This document shows, piece after piece, positions 30,873 through 40,968 of a stretch of 64,000 nucleotides of DNA; within the stretch, counting starts at the first letter, position 1; each line of letters starts with the position of its first letter. The notes beneath the pieces are model-generated. The model made no database searches. It was not told the DNA's origin and worked only from the letters and a program-made list of their open reading frames with translations. A program made the translations under genes and the position numbers. The stretch spans positions 704,001-768,000 of the forward strand of contig CAWHBU010000004.1 of assembly GCA_963827685.1 (NCBI GenBank), written 5' to 3'. The stretch is from an uncultured delta proteobacterium (GTDB lineage Bacteria > Desulfobacterota > BSN033 > UBA1163).

Positions 30873-32036
30873 ATGGACCAGAGGGCTATAGAATATTGCA
30901 GCGTCATTCCAACGAATGAATCCCTGACGGAATTTAGAAGTATTGATCGACGGGAGGGGATTCACCCATCCATTTTTTTATCCAAGGCCCATAGAAGAAA
31001 ATCAGAGAGGCCGTGTTGTCCTGAGCTCGAGGCGAAGGCAAGAGCGTTTCAATGGGCACTGAATCGGGTTGCAGGCTGGGGCTTGCCGGGAAAAGAGCAC
31101 GTTGAGGGCTATTTGCGGGACATGTGTAGGCGGGGTCTCAGGCCAAAAACGTACTTCAGTAACCTGACCGCAATCTATATTTTTCTCACTCTTATTAGAG
31201 GTTCCGGAAAGACCCGTTTGGAGGAGATCACCAAGGATGATCTGGAGGTTTTTATTGAACATGAGCAGGATCGGGGGTTAATGATATCGACGGTGCGAAC
31301 AAGGCTTCACTGTGTCAATGCTTTTTTAGGCTATCTGATTGAAGCAGGTGCGATTCGTAGTAATGTTCTGGCAAGAAGAATTCGTCTGAGGAAGCCCGAG
31401 ACCTTACCGAGGGCCATAGATCCGGACGATGTGAAAGCATTACTTTCTGTTATCAACAATCCCAGAGACCGGGCCATGGTGATGGTGCTTTTACGGACGG
31501 GGATGAGAATCGGTGAATTGCTGAGTACCAGGATGCAGGATCTTCACCTCAAGGATCGAAGAGTGGATATCTACGAGGGGGAAAAGAACCGCATCGGAAG
31601 AGTGGTTTACCTCAGTGAAGATGCCATGCAGGCTTTGAAAGCCTGGATCAAGGTGAAGGATTCTCATAAAGTATATCTCTTTTATGCGACGGGCAAGAAC
31701 GCCATGTCCTATACGACCGCACACCTCATGTTCAAAGGCTACCTGACGAAAGCCGGTCTTGCCCATAAGGGGTATTGCCTCCATGCCCTACGACATACGT
31801 TTGCCAGTGAGCTTTTAAATGCCGGTATGCGCCTCGAATGCCTCCAACCGCTGATGGGGCATACCTCTGTGGATGTGACGCGGCGCTATGCGCGGCTCAC
31901 GGATAAGACCAGAGAGCAAGAGTACTTCAGAGCCATGACGATTATAGAAAGGGGGGAGCTGAATGGATCTTACCGACTCGATCATCAGGTACAGGCGTTT
32001 CTTGAAGAGAAGGAACGTCTCACCGAATACCGTTAA
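30873..32036 (+). CDS. Tyrosine recombinase A
   Basis: TGMRIGE, HALRH, MGH...RY. Confidence 0.92.
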   Translation: MDQRAIEYCSVIPTNESLTEFRSIDRREGIHPSIFLSKAHRRKSERPCCPELEAKARAFQWALNRVAGWGLPGKEHVEGYLRDMCRRGLRPKTYFSNLTAIYIFLTLIRGSGKTRLEEITKDDLEVFIEHEQDRGLMISTVRTRLHCVNAFLGYLIEAGAIRSNVLARRIRLRKPETLPRAIDPDDVKALLSVINNPRDRAMVMVLLRTGMRIGELLSTRMQDLHLKDRRVDIYEGEKNRIGRVVYLSEDAMQALKAWIKVKDSHKVYLFYATGKNAMSYTTAHLMFKGYLTKAGLAHKGYCLHALRHTFASELLNAGMRLECLQPLMGHTSVDVTRRYARLTDKTREQEYFRAMTIIERGELNGSYRLDHQVQAFLEEKERLTEYR

Positions 32037-32856
32037 GCACTATTTAAACAGTCTGAAGCACTTTGTTCTCTGGCTGGATGAGCCGATCGAAAAGGTCACC
32101 TACAGAAAGGTTGACGAGTATATGGATGACCTGCTTGGAAAACGGCTAAAACCTAAGACCGTCAACTGTTATCTCAACAGCATCTGTCAGTTTTACCACT
32201 ACCTCTGCGAAGAAGAGGGACTCCGGATCGTCAACCCTGTGAAGAAGCCAAATATCATGAAGCTTCCCAGAGGGCTTCCCAAACATCTGAGAGACGAGCA
32301 CATAGAGATCCTCTTCAAGCATCTGAAAGGGCGAAGGGATCAGGCCATCTTCACGCTCATGCTCCGATGCGGATTACGGGTAGAAGAAGTGGCTCACCTT
32401 TCCCTCAGCAATATTGATCTGAAACGCAGAATGCTGCTCATCCAGGATGGCAAGGGTGCGAAGGATCGGATTGTCTATCTCAGCAACGATGCCCTTCATG
32501 CTCTCCTGGAATATCTAAGGGTGCGACCCGCAAATAAAGTAAGAAAGGTTTTTCTTGTAGAGAAAGGGCCTCTCAGCGGGCAACCTTTATCCATTCGCGG
32601 CATCCAGAAACGGATGGAATATTATGCCCGCAAAACAAACTTGAGAATCTCCTGCCACCATCTTCGCCATACGATGGCAACGCAGATGTTGAATGCGGAT
32701 GCGGACCTCTCTACCATCCAGGATCTTTTGGGGCATAACTCTATCAGGACGACCCAACGCTACTGCCGGGTATCAAACCTCAAAGTACAGAGAGATTACT
32801 ACAAAGCCATGGAGGTGATCATGCAACGAACGGCTGGCAACCCAAATAATCCTTGA
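31963..32856 (+). CDS. Tyrosine recombinase B (XerC/D-like)
   Basis: CGLRVEE, GKGAK, HHLRH, LGH...RY. Confidence 0.92.
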   Translation: MDLTDSIIRYRRFLKRRNVSPNTVKHYLNSLKHFVLWLDEPIEKVTYRKVDEYMDDLLGKRLKPKTVNCYLNSICQFYHYLCEEEGLRIVNPVKKPNIMKLPRGLPKHLRDEHIEILFKHLKGRRDQAIFTLMLRCGLRVEEVAHLSLSNIDLKRRMLLIQDGKGAKDRIVYLSNDALHALLEYLRVRPANKVRKVFLVEKGPLSGQPLSIRGIQKRMEYYARKTNLRISCHHLRHTMATQMLNADADLSTIQDLLGHNSIRTTQRYCRVSNLKVQRDYYKAMEVIMQRTAGNPNNP

Positions 32857-32936
32857 CATGAGAAAGAAATTATGAAAACTTAAACACTACGCAACATCAT
32901 AATATCAATAGTAAATACGGATTATGTTACGTATAG

Positions 32937-32978
32937 GTAGGTGAACTGCACAGTCGGGTTTAGTTGTGAAACCCGGCC
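32937..32978 (+). repeat. 42-bp repeat with hairpin, copy 1
   Basis: 3 mismatches versus 41162-41203. Confidence 0.8.
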
Positions 32979-33098
32979 ACGAGCTTTTTAGAGTTTGATT
33001 AGAAAAATGGATTTTGTAGCGCCCATTTCACAAATCATCCAAACCATTTGCAACTTTTTCCAGAACCTCCTGACAGACTATACTATTTATGTGTGACC

Positions 33099-33962
33099 TC
33101 ATCCGAGTTCTGGTCCAGCCAGGGCGAAATGTTTCTGTGGATCGCCGGGCATGGAGTTTTCGCCGAGATACATGCGAGTCAAAGACCGCTGTACCGTAAA
33201 ACTTTGGTGTTTGGCCCAATCTATTGCCGCGGTATTTCGGTGCGGAATATCCCAAAAAATCCTTTGCCCACGACTATCCAGAAGCAGGGCTTCGATAAGG
33301 TGGATGCCGCTGTGAGAAGATGTGGCCACAACAGGGCCAATCTGCATTGCTCGGGAGCCTCCCCTCAGCAGGCCGTACCCGACAATTCGACCCGGTTTAG
33401 ATTCCAGAACCAATGCAGAAAGGCTTTCGTGTGCCAACGCCTGCAGGACCCTATTGCGGGAGACCCCGAATGCTTCGGCGTCAATCCGGTCAACCATAGG
33501 GATGTCTGTTTTCTGCCATTTCCTGATCCGCAAATCAGGCGTCAAGAGTGACGGAGGTGCATAAACTCCCTCCCACCGTGACAGGGTCCATTCGTCTTTG
33601 AAACCGAGGGCATCGTAAACCACCTTGCCAGCTGGTGTGGCGTCGAGCTTAATGCAACGAACATTGCGCCCCTGGAGGTATTTGATGCACACTTTCAGTA
33701 ATTCTGTGCCTATACCTCTACGGCGAAAGTCAGGATGGACCAGCAACATTCCGATCCAACCAAGCTCCTGTCCATATATCGTCGCTATGATAGTGCCGGC
33801 AGGCACACCATTCCATACAGCGACGAAACAACCGTTAGGTTCTGTCATCAGGTATCGCCGCCAATCCTCCAGACTTTGGTTCCAACCCTCCAGGGCGTGC
33901 AGGTGATCTGCAAACAGCAAGTCGTCAGCGGTCATTAAGCGCAGGTCAAGCGACTTGATCAT
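33099..33962 (-). CDS. GNAT family acetyltransferase (two-domain, YitH-like)
   Basis: VHPDFRRRGIG, LDAT..G..Y..LGF, IGPVVA. Confidence 0.9.
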   Translation of the reverse strand: MIKSLDLRLMTADDLLFADHLHALEGWNQSLEDWRRYLMTEPNGCFVAVWNGVPAGTIIATIYGQELGWIGMLLVHPDFRRRGIGTELLKVCIKYLQGRNVRCIKLDATPAGKVVYDALGFKDEWTLSRWEGVYAPPSLLTPDLRIRKWQKTDIPMVDRIDAEAFGVSRNRVLQALAHESLSALVLESKPGRIVGYGLLRGGSRAMQIGPVVATSSHSGIHLIEALLLDSRGQRIFWDIPHRNTAAIDWAKHQSFTVQRSLTRMYLGENSMPGDPQKHFALAGPELG

Positions 33963-34147
33963 AGTGAATGAGAAACTATCGGGTGAAAAAAGTTCGTTTT
34001 GGGGTCGAGTTAAATATAAGAAAACTGGAGGTATATGTCAATCAGACTTTCTATTAAGGATGACACCGAGGGCAACGGCAACATAGGAAAATTAAAGTGG
34101 CTTTTCATTGCAGACTTCACTTAACCAGGAGGGCATCCGGCGACGTT

Positions 34148-34465
34148 ATTAAGTTTGTTAAGTAAGTGCGGTTTGTTTTCCGGTCAAACTCCCGCCCAAA
34201 TACTTCTTCCCCGAAACATTCGCTTCTCTAATTCTTAGAGAAGGTGTATATTCCAAGCCATAATTGACAATTAATGGCCCTGATCCTTGGGGTAGGCTAA
34301 TTTTTTCAATTATTATATCGCTGCAATATAACATTGACTAAAACAACATTATATTGCAAAAAGGGCTATTGGGAGCCGATTTGGGGCCCAAAACAGCCTT
34401 TTTAGAGAGTAAAAATTTAAATCTTCACAAAAAACATCGCAGCAACATAAAAAATAATGTTATCC
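34148..34465 (+). repeat. Second copy of the long left module (65-bp unit, palindrome, attI-like end)
   Basis: Homologous to 22319-22605; TGCAATATAA...TTATATTGCA; ends AATGTT at ~34461. Confidence 0.65.
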
Positions 34466-34850
34466 CCAAGTGGGCGTGGTTATCCAATTCAAAAATGGCG
34501 GAAGTGAGAACAAAAGGCAATGCCGAGCGTGTGATACGGAACGTGTCCGACGTGTCAAGCCAAGCCCGGTATCAGCGTAGTCCAAAGACTATAGAATCGG
34601 AACCGAATTCTACAACAAGAACGCCCTCTGATGACACAAATCCTTGTTCCGGCCATGCTACTTTCTTGGATAGGCCGTATGGCACTTTGGTGCGCTCTTT
34701 TGACGGCTCGTTTCGCCGGGTGCAGGCTCATCGCGAACCGGCGTTTTATTGAGACTTGGAGAAAAAAGATGCGAGGAGGTGATGCGAAGGATACGGGCAT
34801 ACTCACCGTGGGACCTAGGGTCAAATTTATCAAATAGGAGGAACGTACTT

Positions 34851-36529
34851 ATGCATAAGAAGAAAAAGATTGTTTACGGCTTGAGTTTTCTATTCTGCTT
34901 CTATCTGATCATGCTGCAAACGGCTGTTTATGCGGCTGAGGCACAAAAGGCGCACAAGGCGCCAGGCGCCGTTGTAGCGGTTGCTGCCGTACCGCAAGCC
35001 TACGTCACCACCGGTTTCCCCCAGGTCGTAGTCGTCTCAGGAACCAACTATGAAATGGGCGTGCAGTACGGCGAGCAAGCTGCTGCCGCCATCGTTCACA
35101 ATGTCGCCCTGTTCAAGAGTCGCCTTTACGACAAATTCGGGAGCGACAAAGTAACAAAGGACATGCAGGCATGGGATTACTATCTGAAGAAGCACGATCC
35201 GGTTTACGCTGATTGGCTGCGAGGAATAATGGAGGGATGCAAGCGCAAAGGCTATGCGGTGACCTATCTCGACCTCATTGCTCTGATGGTCTACCCGACG
35301 GAGTTCTGGGCAAGGCCCAGACCCCATATCCGGCGGAGACCCGCATCGCCTCGATCGGGGGTTTGTCCGCGCCTTCATCACAGGGCGAGTATCACGCCTG
35401 TACCACCTTCGCGGCAGCAGGCGCAAAGACACCAGATGGCAAGCCAATCCACGCGATAACCTCCATGTCCCCTACCGAGACCATGGACAACATCATTCTG
35501 CTGGCATTTCCGAAGGAAGGTGCTTCTTTTGTGTCGCAGACCTATGCAGGAAGGGTGAACGGCAATTCCGCCATGAACAGCAAGGGCTTTTCATGGACCA
35601 TGACGGCCATAATGTCCGACAACCCGGCTTGGGGAATGCCTCCGGAAGTCTACTTCCACTACCTGGCTCAGATGGTCGGGTCTTCGGATGAAGCCCTCTC
35701 ATATCTCAAATCGACGCCCAAGGGCGGGGTCACAGGGGGCTTCATCCTCACCGATGCCTCGGGGAACATTTCCGCCTTTGAGGGTACCGCCGACAAGTTC
35801 CATTTGAGCAAACCCGGAGAAAGAGGCGAATCGGGCCAGTTCATCGTAGAAACGAACCATCTCATAGACCCTTCGCTCAAGTCCCTGAACCCAAAATGGC
35901 TCCCTGCGATCGGTACCTATGCTCGCTACGACACTATATTCCAGTTACTTCAGGAAGCTGCACCGGGTTCGGTCAATTTTGCTTTCAGCAAAAACTTCTT
36001 TGCATCAGACGACTGGTATGACGCGGCAAAGGCAGTCTGGAACAGGAACCAACCAGGTATACGGGAGGTTTCCAACAGCCACACATCGGTAAGCCAGAGC
36101 ATATTCTTTCCGGTGGATCTGGTTGCCTACCTCCAAACCGGTACGCCAAGCGGCATCGGACTCCCTGCCTATGCCACCGGTGAGTATGTGAAGATCAAAC
36201 TGGCTGGCGGCCCCAAGAAGGTCACCGACCAGGCCGATGCCGACGCGATTGCCCTCTATTGGGACGCCCGCGATTCTTTTGAACGTGAGGTGAACGCAAA
36301 GGCGGCATTCCTCACTACGCCAATCGTCGCCGACATGCGGGCAAAACTGGACCAGGCATTTGTCGCCTATTCCATTGGTATGGACAGGGCAGCCTTTGCG
36401 GCTTTGATGAAGGACGTGAAGAAACAGAACAGCCTTTGGTCTGAAGCTATGACCCAGTACGCAAAAGCTCAGCTCTGCGCCCAGATGGCTAAGACAGCCT
36501 TGCTGAAGGCCCGGGCAGGCACGCCGTAA
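34851..36529 (+). pseudogene. Exported C45/Ntn-hydrolase family peptidase with a 1-bp frameshift
   Basis: Signal peptide and GTNYEMGVQYG in one frame; HACTTF Cys nucleophile and ETNH in the -1 frame; junction near 35316-35320. Confidence 0.75.
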
Positions 36530-36555
36530 CAGGCAGCCGCTCAATAGAAAAAATG

Positions 36556-36592
36556 AAAAAAAGGGGAGCGGAACATTCCGCTCCCCTTTTTT
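36556..36592. terminator. Bidirectional intrinsic terminator
   Basis: A-run, GGGGAGCGGAA-CA-TTCCGCTCCCC, T-run. Confidence 0.9.
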
Positions 36593-36772
36593 GAGTTATC
36601 GGATGGGCAATGACCTGCTCTATTCAGCTAGACGGCTCAGCTCCGTAGAAACCATCTAAGCGTAGAGTTGAACGGTAAAAGAAAGGGCTTGGGGTTAGGC
36701 CTTGAATTATTAGATCTATTTATCCTCCGCGTTCAAGACCTTGCTGACCGTGGGACGTTCCCTGGGGAGGTT

Positions 36773-36838
36773 GTTAAGTTTATTGAGTAAGTGCGGTTTG
36801 CTTTCCGACCAAACTCCCGCCCAAATACTCCTTCCTGA
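36773..36838 (+). repeat. Fourth copy of the ~65-bp unit
   Basis: GTAAGTGCGGTTTGCTTTCCGACCAAACTCCCGCCCAAATACTCCTTCCTG, as at 22319, 25174 and 34148. Confidence 0.85.
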
Positions 36839-36937
36839 AGTCCTCAAGTCAAGAATCCCTATCGCTATACCAGATTACAACTTGACCTTCCCCCGAGTTG
36901 ATGGACACACCTGAGAATTTGTATCATTGGACAGGAG

Positions 36938-37240
36938 GTGCGTATGGGGGAAAAGAATCGTCATTTCAGCCGTGAGTTCAAACGAGATGCAGTGCAGTTG
37001 GTCACAGAGAAAGGGATGCCGGTAGGCAAGGTGGCCCGAGAGCTTGATATCCATCCCAATCTTCTTCATCTATGGAGGAGGAGGTTCTTAGCTAAAGGGG
37101 ATAAAGCCTTCGTAGGGAAGGGCCGTGTAACGCCAGAGGAAGCGGAAATAAAGGGGCTCCGGAAGGAATTAGAAAAGGTGAAGGAAGAGAGGGACATTTT
37201 AAAAAAAGCCTTGGCCGTATTCTCCAAACGAAACAGATGA
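36938..37240 (+). CDS. IS3 transposase OrfA
   Basis: FSREFK..AV HTH; ERDILKKA. Confidence 0.9.
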   Translation: MRMGEKNRHFSREFKRDAVQLVTEKGMPVGKVARELDIHPNLLHLWRRRFLAKGDKAFVGKGRVTPEEAEIKGLRKELEKVKEERDILKKALAVFSKRNR

Positions 37241-38094
37241 AGTATCGGTTGATAGAAGAGCACAGAGAGACCTACAAGATAAGGAGTATGAGTGAAGTGT
37301 TGAAGGTATCCAGAAGTGGTTATTATGCGTGGAAGACGCGTCAACCGAGCACACGTCAGAAAGACGATGAGGAGTTGCTGGGGCACATACGGGAGATCCA
37401 CACTCAAAGCAGAAGGCTCTATGGGAGTCCGCGGATCGCAGCGGAGCTCAATAAGCAGGGTCTTAGATGTGGGAAGAACCGGGTAGCCAGGATCATGAAA
37501 GAGCACTCCATATGGGCAGAAGTGAAGAAAAAGAGATTCAGGCGGACTACCGATTCACGGCATCATTATGCCTTGGCTGCAAACTTACTGATTGACCAGA
37601 GGCAGACAGAGGGGGTATGGGCATCTGATATTACGTTTGTGCCCACTTCTGAGGGATGGCTCTATGTGGCAGCAGTGATGAATGTGAAAAGCAGAAAGAT
37701 CATTGGGCTGTCCATGAGCGATAAGCTCTCTCAGGAGCTAGCTTCTGCTGCGCTCAGGGACGCGGTGGGCAGGCAAAGCCCCTCTGAAGGGTTGATCCAC
37801 CATTCTGATCGAGGCAGGCAGTATGCAAGCTATGCCTATCAGGAGCTTTTAAGAGAATACGGCATGACTCCTAGTATGAGCAGAAGTGGCAATTGTTATG
37901 ATAATGCCTATGTGGAGTCTTTCTTTGGCACGCTCAAGACGGAGTTGGTCCATGGTGAGCGGTACCGTTCAAGGCTGGAGGCGAGGCTTAGTATTTTTGA
38001 GTACGTGGAAGTGTTTTATAATCGTCAGAGGAGTCATTCGGCATTAGGGTACAGGAGCCCAGAGCAGTATGAAAAGCTCCTTAATGAAACTTAA
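37237..38094 (+). CDS. IS3 transposase OrfB (DDE)
   Basis: YGSPRI, WASDIT, HSDRGRQY, DNAYVESFF. Confidence 0.93.
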   Translation: MKYRLIEEHRETYKIRSMSEVLKVSRSGYYAWKTRQPSTRQKDDEELLGHIREIHTQSRRLYGSPRIAAELNKQGLRCGKNRVARIMKEHSIWAEVKKKRFRRTTDSRHHYALAANLLIDQRQTEGVWASDITFVPTSEGWLYVAAVMNVKSRKIIGLSMSDKLSQELASAALRDAVGRQSPSEGLIHHSDRGRQYASYAYQELLREYGMTPSMSRSGNCYDNAYVESFFGTLKTELVHGERYRSRLEARLSIFEYVEVFYNRQRSHSALGYRSPEQYEKLLNET

Positions 38095-38240
38095 TCATGT
38101 GTCCACTTTTTCAGGGGAAGGTCAACTGATAATCCTCAAAAAGGTAATATTCACATGGCTATTTTCAGATTGACTGATACAACATTTCGTGATAAACACA
38201 ATTCAAATTGCATCATCCAACAAGAGAAAAGAAGGAGGAT

Positions 38241-38666
38241 ATGGAACTAGAAAAGAACAAAGCCATAGCGAGGCGTTTCAATCAGATTTGGAGCAAGGGG
38301 GATTTGAGTATAATAGACGAGCTTGCATCACCAGAAATTACCGTATACTATCCTGCGATGCCCCAAGTCATCAAGGGAATTGCAGCATTAAAAGAGTATT
38401 TTAGAAGATTCCCTTCGCTTTTTGGTGATGGGGATATTAAGGTTGAGGAGGAGATTGCTGAAGGCGACAAAGTAGTATTACGTTGGAGTTTTTCCTTCAC
38501 ACATCTAGGTGCCCTAGGCATCCCCGCAACTGGCAAGAGACTGAAATGGACGGGCATCTCAATCTACCGTATCGTCGGCGGCAAGGTCGTTGACGAAAGG
38601 GGGGAGGAGGATTATTTCGGAGCTTTTCGGGAGCTCGGTCTTATTCCGAAGCCTCCGACACAATGA
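38241..38666 (+). CDS. Ester cyclase/SnoaL-like protein
   Basis: IAEGDKVV, THLG..GIPATGK; AAGGAGG RBS. Confidence 0.88.
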   Translation: MELEKNKAIARRFNQIWSKGDLSIIDELASPEITVYYPAMPQVIKGIAALKEYFRRFPSLFGDGDIKVEEEIAEGDKVVLRWSFSFTHLGALGIPATGKRLKWTGISIYRIVGGKVVDERGEEDYFGAFRELGLIPKPPTQ

Positions 38667-38692
38667 ATAGCAGGGACATCCTAAACCAAATG

Positions 38693-38761
38693 AGCGAACC
38701 AGGGGTTGCACCGGATCGGCAGGAAACGGCTCCTGCCTCCCGGTGAACCCCGATGTTATAC
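38693..38761 (+). other. Integron attC-like site
   Basis: AGCGAAC...GTTATAC; GGGGTT(G)CACCGG/CCGGTGAACCCC arms with one extra base; inner GGCAGGA/TCCTGCC stem. Confidence 0.75.
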
Positions 38762-39335
38762 TCTTTTTCAAACGGAAATCGTCACCTCTTAACGCAGGCC
38801 GATCATCACTCTTTGTAGATGCAATCTTCACCGGGCATAGGATTTCCTTGGTGCTGTCTTTGATGATTAGCCTGGTTGCCCTCCTCGTTGACTCCTATTT
38901 TGAAAACGGACATCTACAACCATACCTCCTTATGCCTGGTCTCACCCTGTAACGTATCGGATACTCCTATCCTCCCATTTAAGAATCTTACTATTTTCAG
39001 GGGTAGTTCTGTCGATTACGGTCCGAAATCAATATACGGGTCCAAATGGAACCCCATTGGAGATTGTCAGGTAGGAAGTATGATCTCACCAATTGTCAAT
39101 AGAAATCTTCAGTCTTTGGGGTATGTATCCATAAACTCATGAACCGATCAATTGCCTATCTGGGGACATTCGGAGGTGCCCAATAGAATGTTACTACCAG
39201 AAGTCAATAATTGCTAGGTTTTAGAAAAACGTGTAGCTTCCAATTGGTAATCGATACTCCGCTTTCATTTTGATGAATAGAATTGGAATTCTTTTCCTTT
39301 TCGTGATATACTTCTTTTGGAATAAGGAGGGTATT

Positions 39336-39500
39336 TTGCCAAAACATGCTGGAGCTTATAAAGGCGAAAAACGGCGAAAAGAATTGTCCCGCCAGAAAAA
39401 ACGGGAAGAGAGAAGACAGCGACGATTTCAGAAAGGAGATCGCATCTCTTCAGACGCCGAGAAGGTCGAGCAAGAAGAGACAAAGCCAACCAATCCTTAA
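39336..39500 (+). CDS. Small basic coiled-coil protein
   Basis: AAGGAGG RBS before TTG 39336; EKRRKELSRQKKREERRQRR. Confidence 0.6.
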   Translation: MPKHAGAYKGEKRRKELSRQKKREERRQRRFQKGDRISSDAEKVEQEETKPTNP

Positions 39501-39823
39501 CTCGACACCCCTTTCCCGGAAAAAAGACTTCCTATCCTCCTTTACCACGAGTACTACAGAGTCCACCCCTCCAGTAAGGGAGGATGTGGTTTCATCAGGA
39601 ATGGGCAAGGCTGATACAATCGGTTGAAAGTGACTCGTGCGTGAGGACTCACACCTCCACATTGCTGAGGCGGAGCCGGATGGAATGAGGGAAATTGCTA
39701 GCCCATCCCCCCAAACGATTCGGACATTCAACAAAAGCAAGTAAACGTGGCGAACGCTGAATGGCGGGCGCTACCGATCAAAGGTCGTCGCCCAAGGCGA
39801 CGCAGAAAAGGAGCTAAGAAAGT

Positions 39824-40141
39824 ATGGCTAAAAAACTATTTGTAGGGGGTCTGAGCTGGGACACGACGGACGACGGCCTGCGCCAGGCGTTTGCGTCTTA
39901 TGGGGAAATCACTGAAGCCAAGGTCATCACACAGCGCGATACGGGGCGCTCCCGGGGCTTTGGATTCGTGACCTTCGCTCAGGATGACGATGCTAAAACG
40001 GCGATATCCAAGATGGATGGCACGAGCCTTGACGGCAAGACCATTAAGGTTAACGAGGCGCAGGAAAAGAGTCCTCGCGGAGGCGATCGATCCGGCGGTG
40101 GTTTTGGGGGCGGTCGTGGCAGCGAACGCAATCGCTGGTAG
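39824..40141 (+). CDS. RRM RNA-binding protein with Gly-rich tail
   Basis: RNP2 LFVGGL, RNP1 RGFGFVTF. Confidence 0.95.
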   Translation: MAKKLFVGGLSWDTTDDGLRQAFASYGEITEAKVITQRDTGRSRGFGFVTFAQDDDAKTAISKMDGTSLDGKTIKVNEAQEKSPRGGDRSGGGFGGGRGSERNRW

Positions 40142-40174
40142 TTCCGGCTACGCTCATCTATGGACATATTCTCC

Positions 40175-40204
40175 GAGCCGCCTCATCTTCTGGTGGGGCG
40201 GCTC
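40175..40204 (+). terminator. Hairpin after the RRM gene
   Basis: GAGCCGCCTCA...TGGGGCGGCTC; weak U-tail. Confidence 0.55.
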
Positions 40205-40452
40205 CTGTTCATAAAGCCGGAGAGCCTTTTAAATGAAATTACTGATTGTCTTTCAGGAAGGTGAAATTTCCTCAGGCTCGAAATGATAGCCGAAAAAACC
40301 AAATCCTCTCTCGGTTTTCCACGGACGCTGTCCGATGCACGCTTTCACTCGTTAATTGTCAATTTTCACTGCCCATAGATTTCAACGCTTTGTAATCGCC
40401 AAAAAAATAAATTCTATTCAATTTCCAAAGAGCGAGGCAGGATTAATAAAAA

Positions 40453-40968
40453 ATGCAATTCATCACAGAATATATCTTTTGCAAAAATAAATTAATTGAT
40501 TCGCTTGAAGAAGTTCAAGAAATTTATTCTGCTATAAAATCTGTCCGATGGTTTCGAGATAAGGTAACTGCTAAATACAAAACAGGCAAAGTTATTGCTT
40601 GGCAAGAAGCCTACAATCGTTTATTTGAAATTACTCTTGAGAAGATAGGCGGGTGGCAGACATCGACTGTTCTCTTTCAAAAGCCTATGCACAAAGGAGA
40701 ATTCTTGAAAAACGGTGTGTTTGTTGAAACACAATTTGGGAACTCATCTACAGTATATCGTGATTATTATAAATTTCATTATGGGTTTGCCAATAAACTT
40801 TTGACTTTAGTAGTCTTAATTGTTCCTACTGACCCAGTAAAGTTTTTTCCAAACCTTAACCCAAACATAATAATCAACATGGCATCGTTTAACTATGCTT
40901 TAGAATGTGTGCCTTCACTTACAATACAAGTTCCAGTATTATTAATGGGTCTTTTACCAAAAAATTAG
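40453..40968 (+). CDS. BglII/BstYI-like restriction endonuclease (orphan)
   Basis: FLKNGVFVETQFGN...YRDYYKF (ExQ motif); AT-rich. Confidence 0.65.
   Translation: MQFITEYIFCKNKLIDSLEEVQEIYSAIKSVRWFRDKVTAKYKTGKVIAWQEAYNRLFEITLEKIGGWQTSTVLFQKPMHKGEFLKNGVFVETQFGNSSTVYRDYYKFHYGFANKLLTLVVLIVPTDPVKFFPNLNPNIIINMASFNYALECVPSLTIQVPVLLMGLLPKN

Larger units (their letters stand above)
30782..32936 (+). mobile_element. Two-tyrosine-recombinase mobile element
   Basis: Perfect 12-bp TIR CTATACGTAACA/TGTTACGTATAG; flanking GTAGGTG at 30775-30781 and 32937-32943. Confidence 0.8.
36883..38124 (+). mobile_element. IS3-family insertion sequence
   Basis: TIRs TGACCTTCCCC...TGGACAC; 3-bp TSD ACT; A7G slippery site near 37201. 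Confidence 0.93.

Noticed and set aside
30873-32856. Chromosomal xerC/xerD, integron integrase or prophage integrase
   Set aside because: Enclosed by TIRs and a flanking duplication; no IntI-specific insertion recognised; no phage genes nearby.
39500-39820. tRNA acting as an island integration site
   Set aside because: No cloverleaf or T-loop consensus was recognised.
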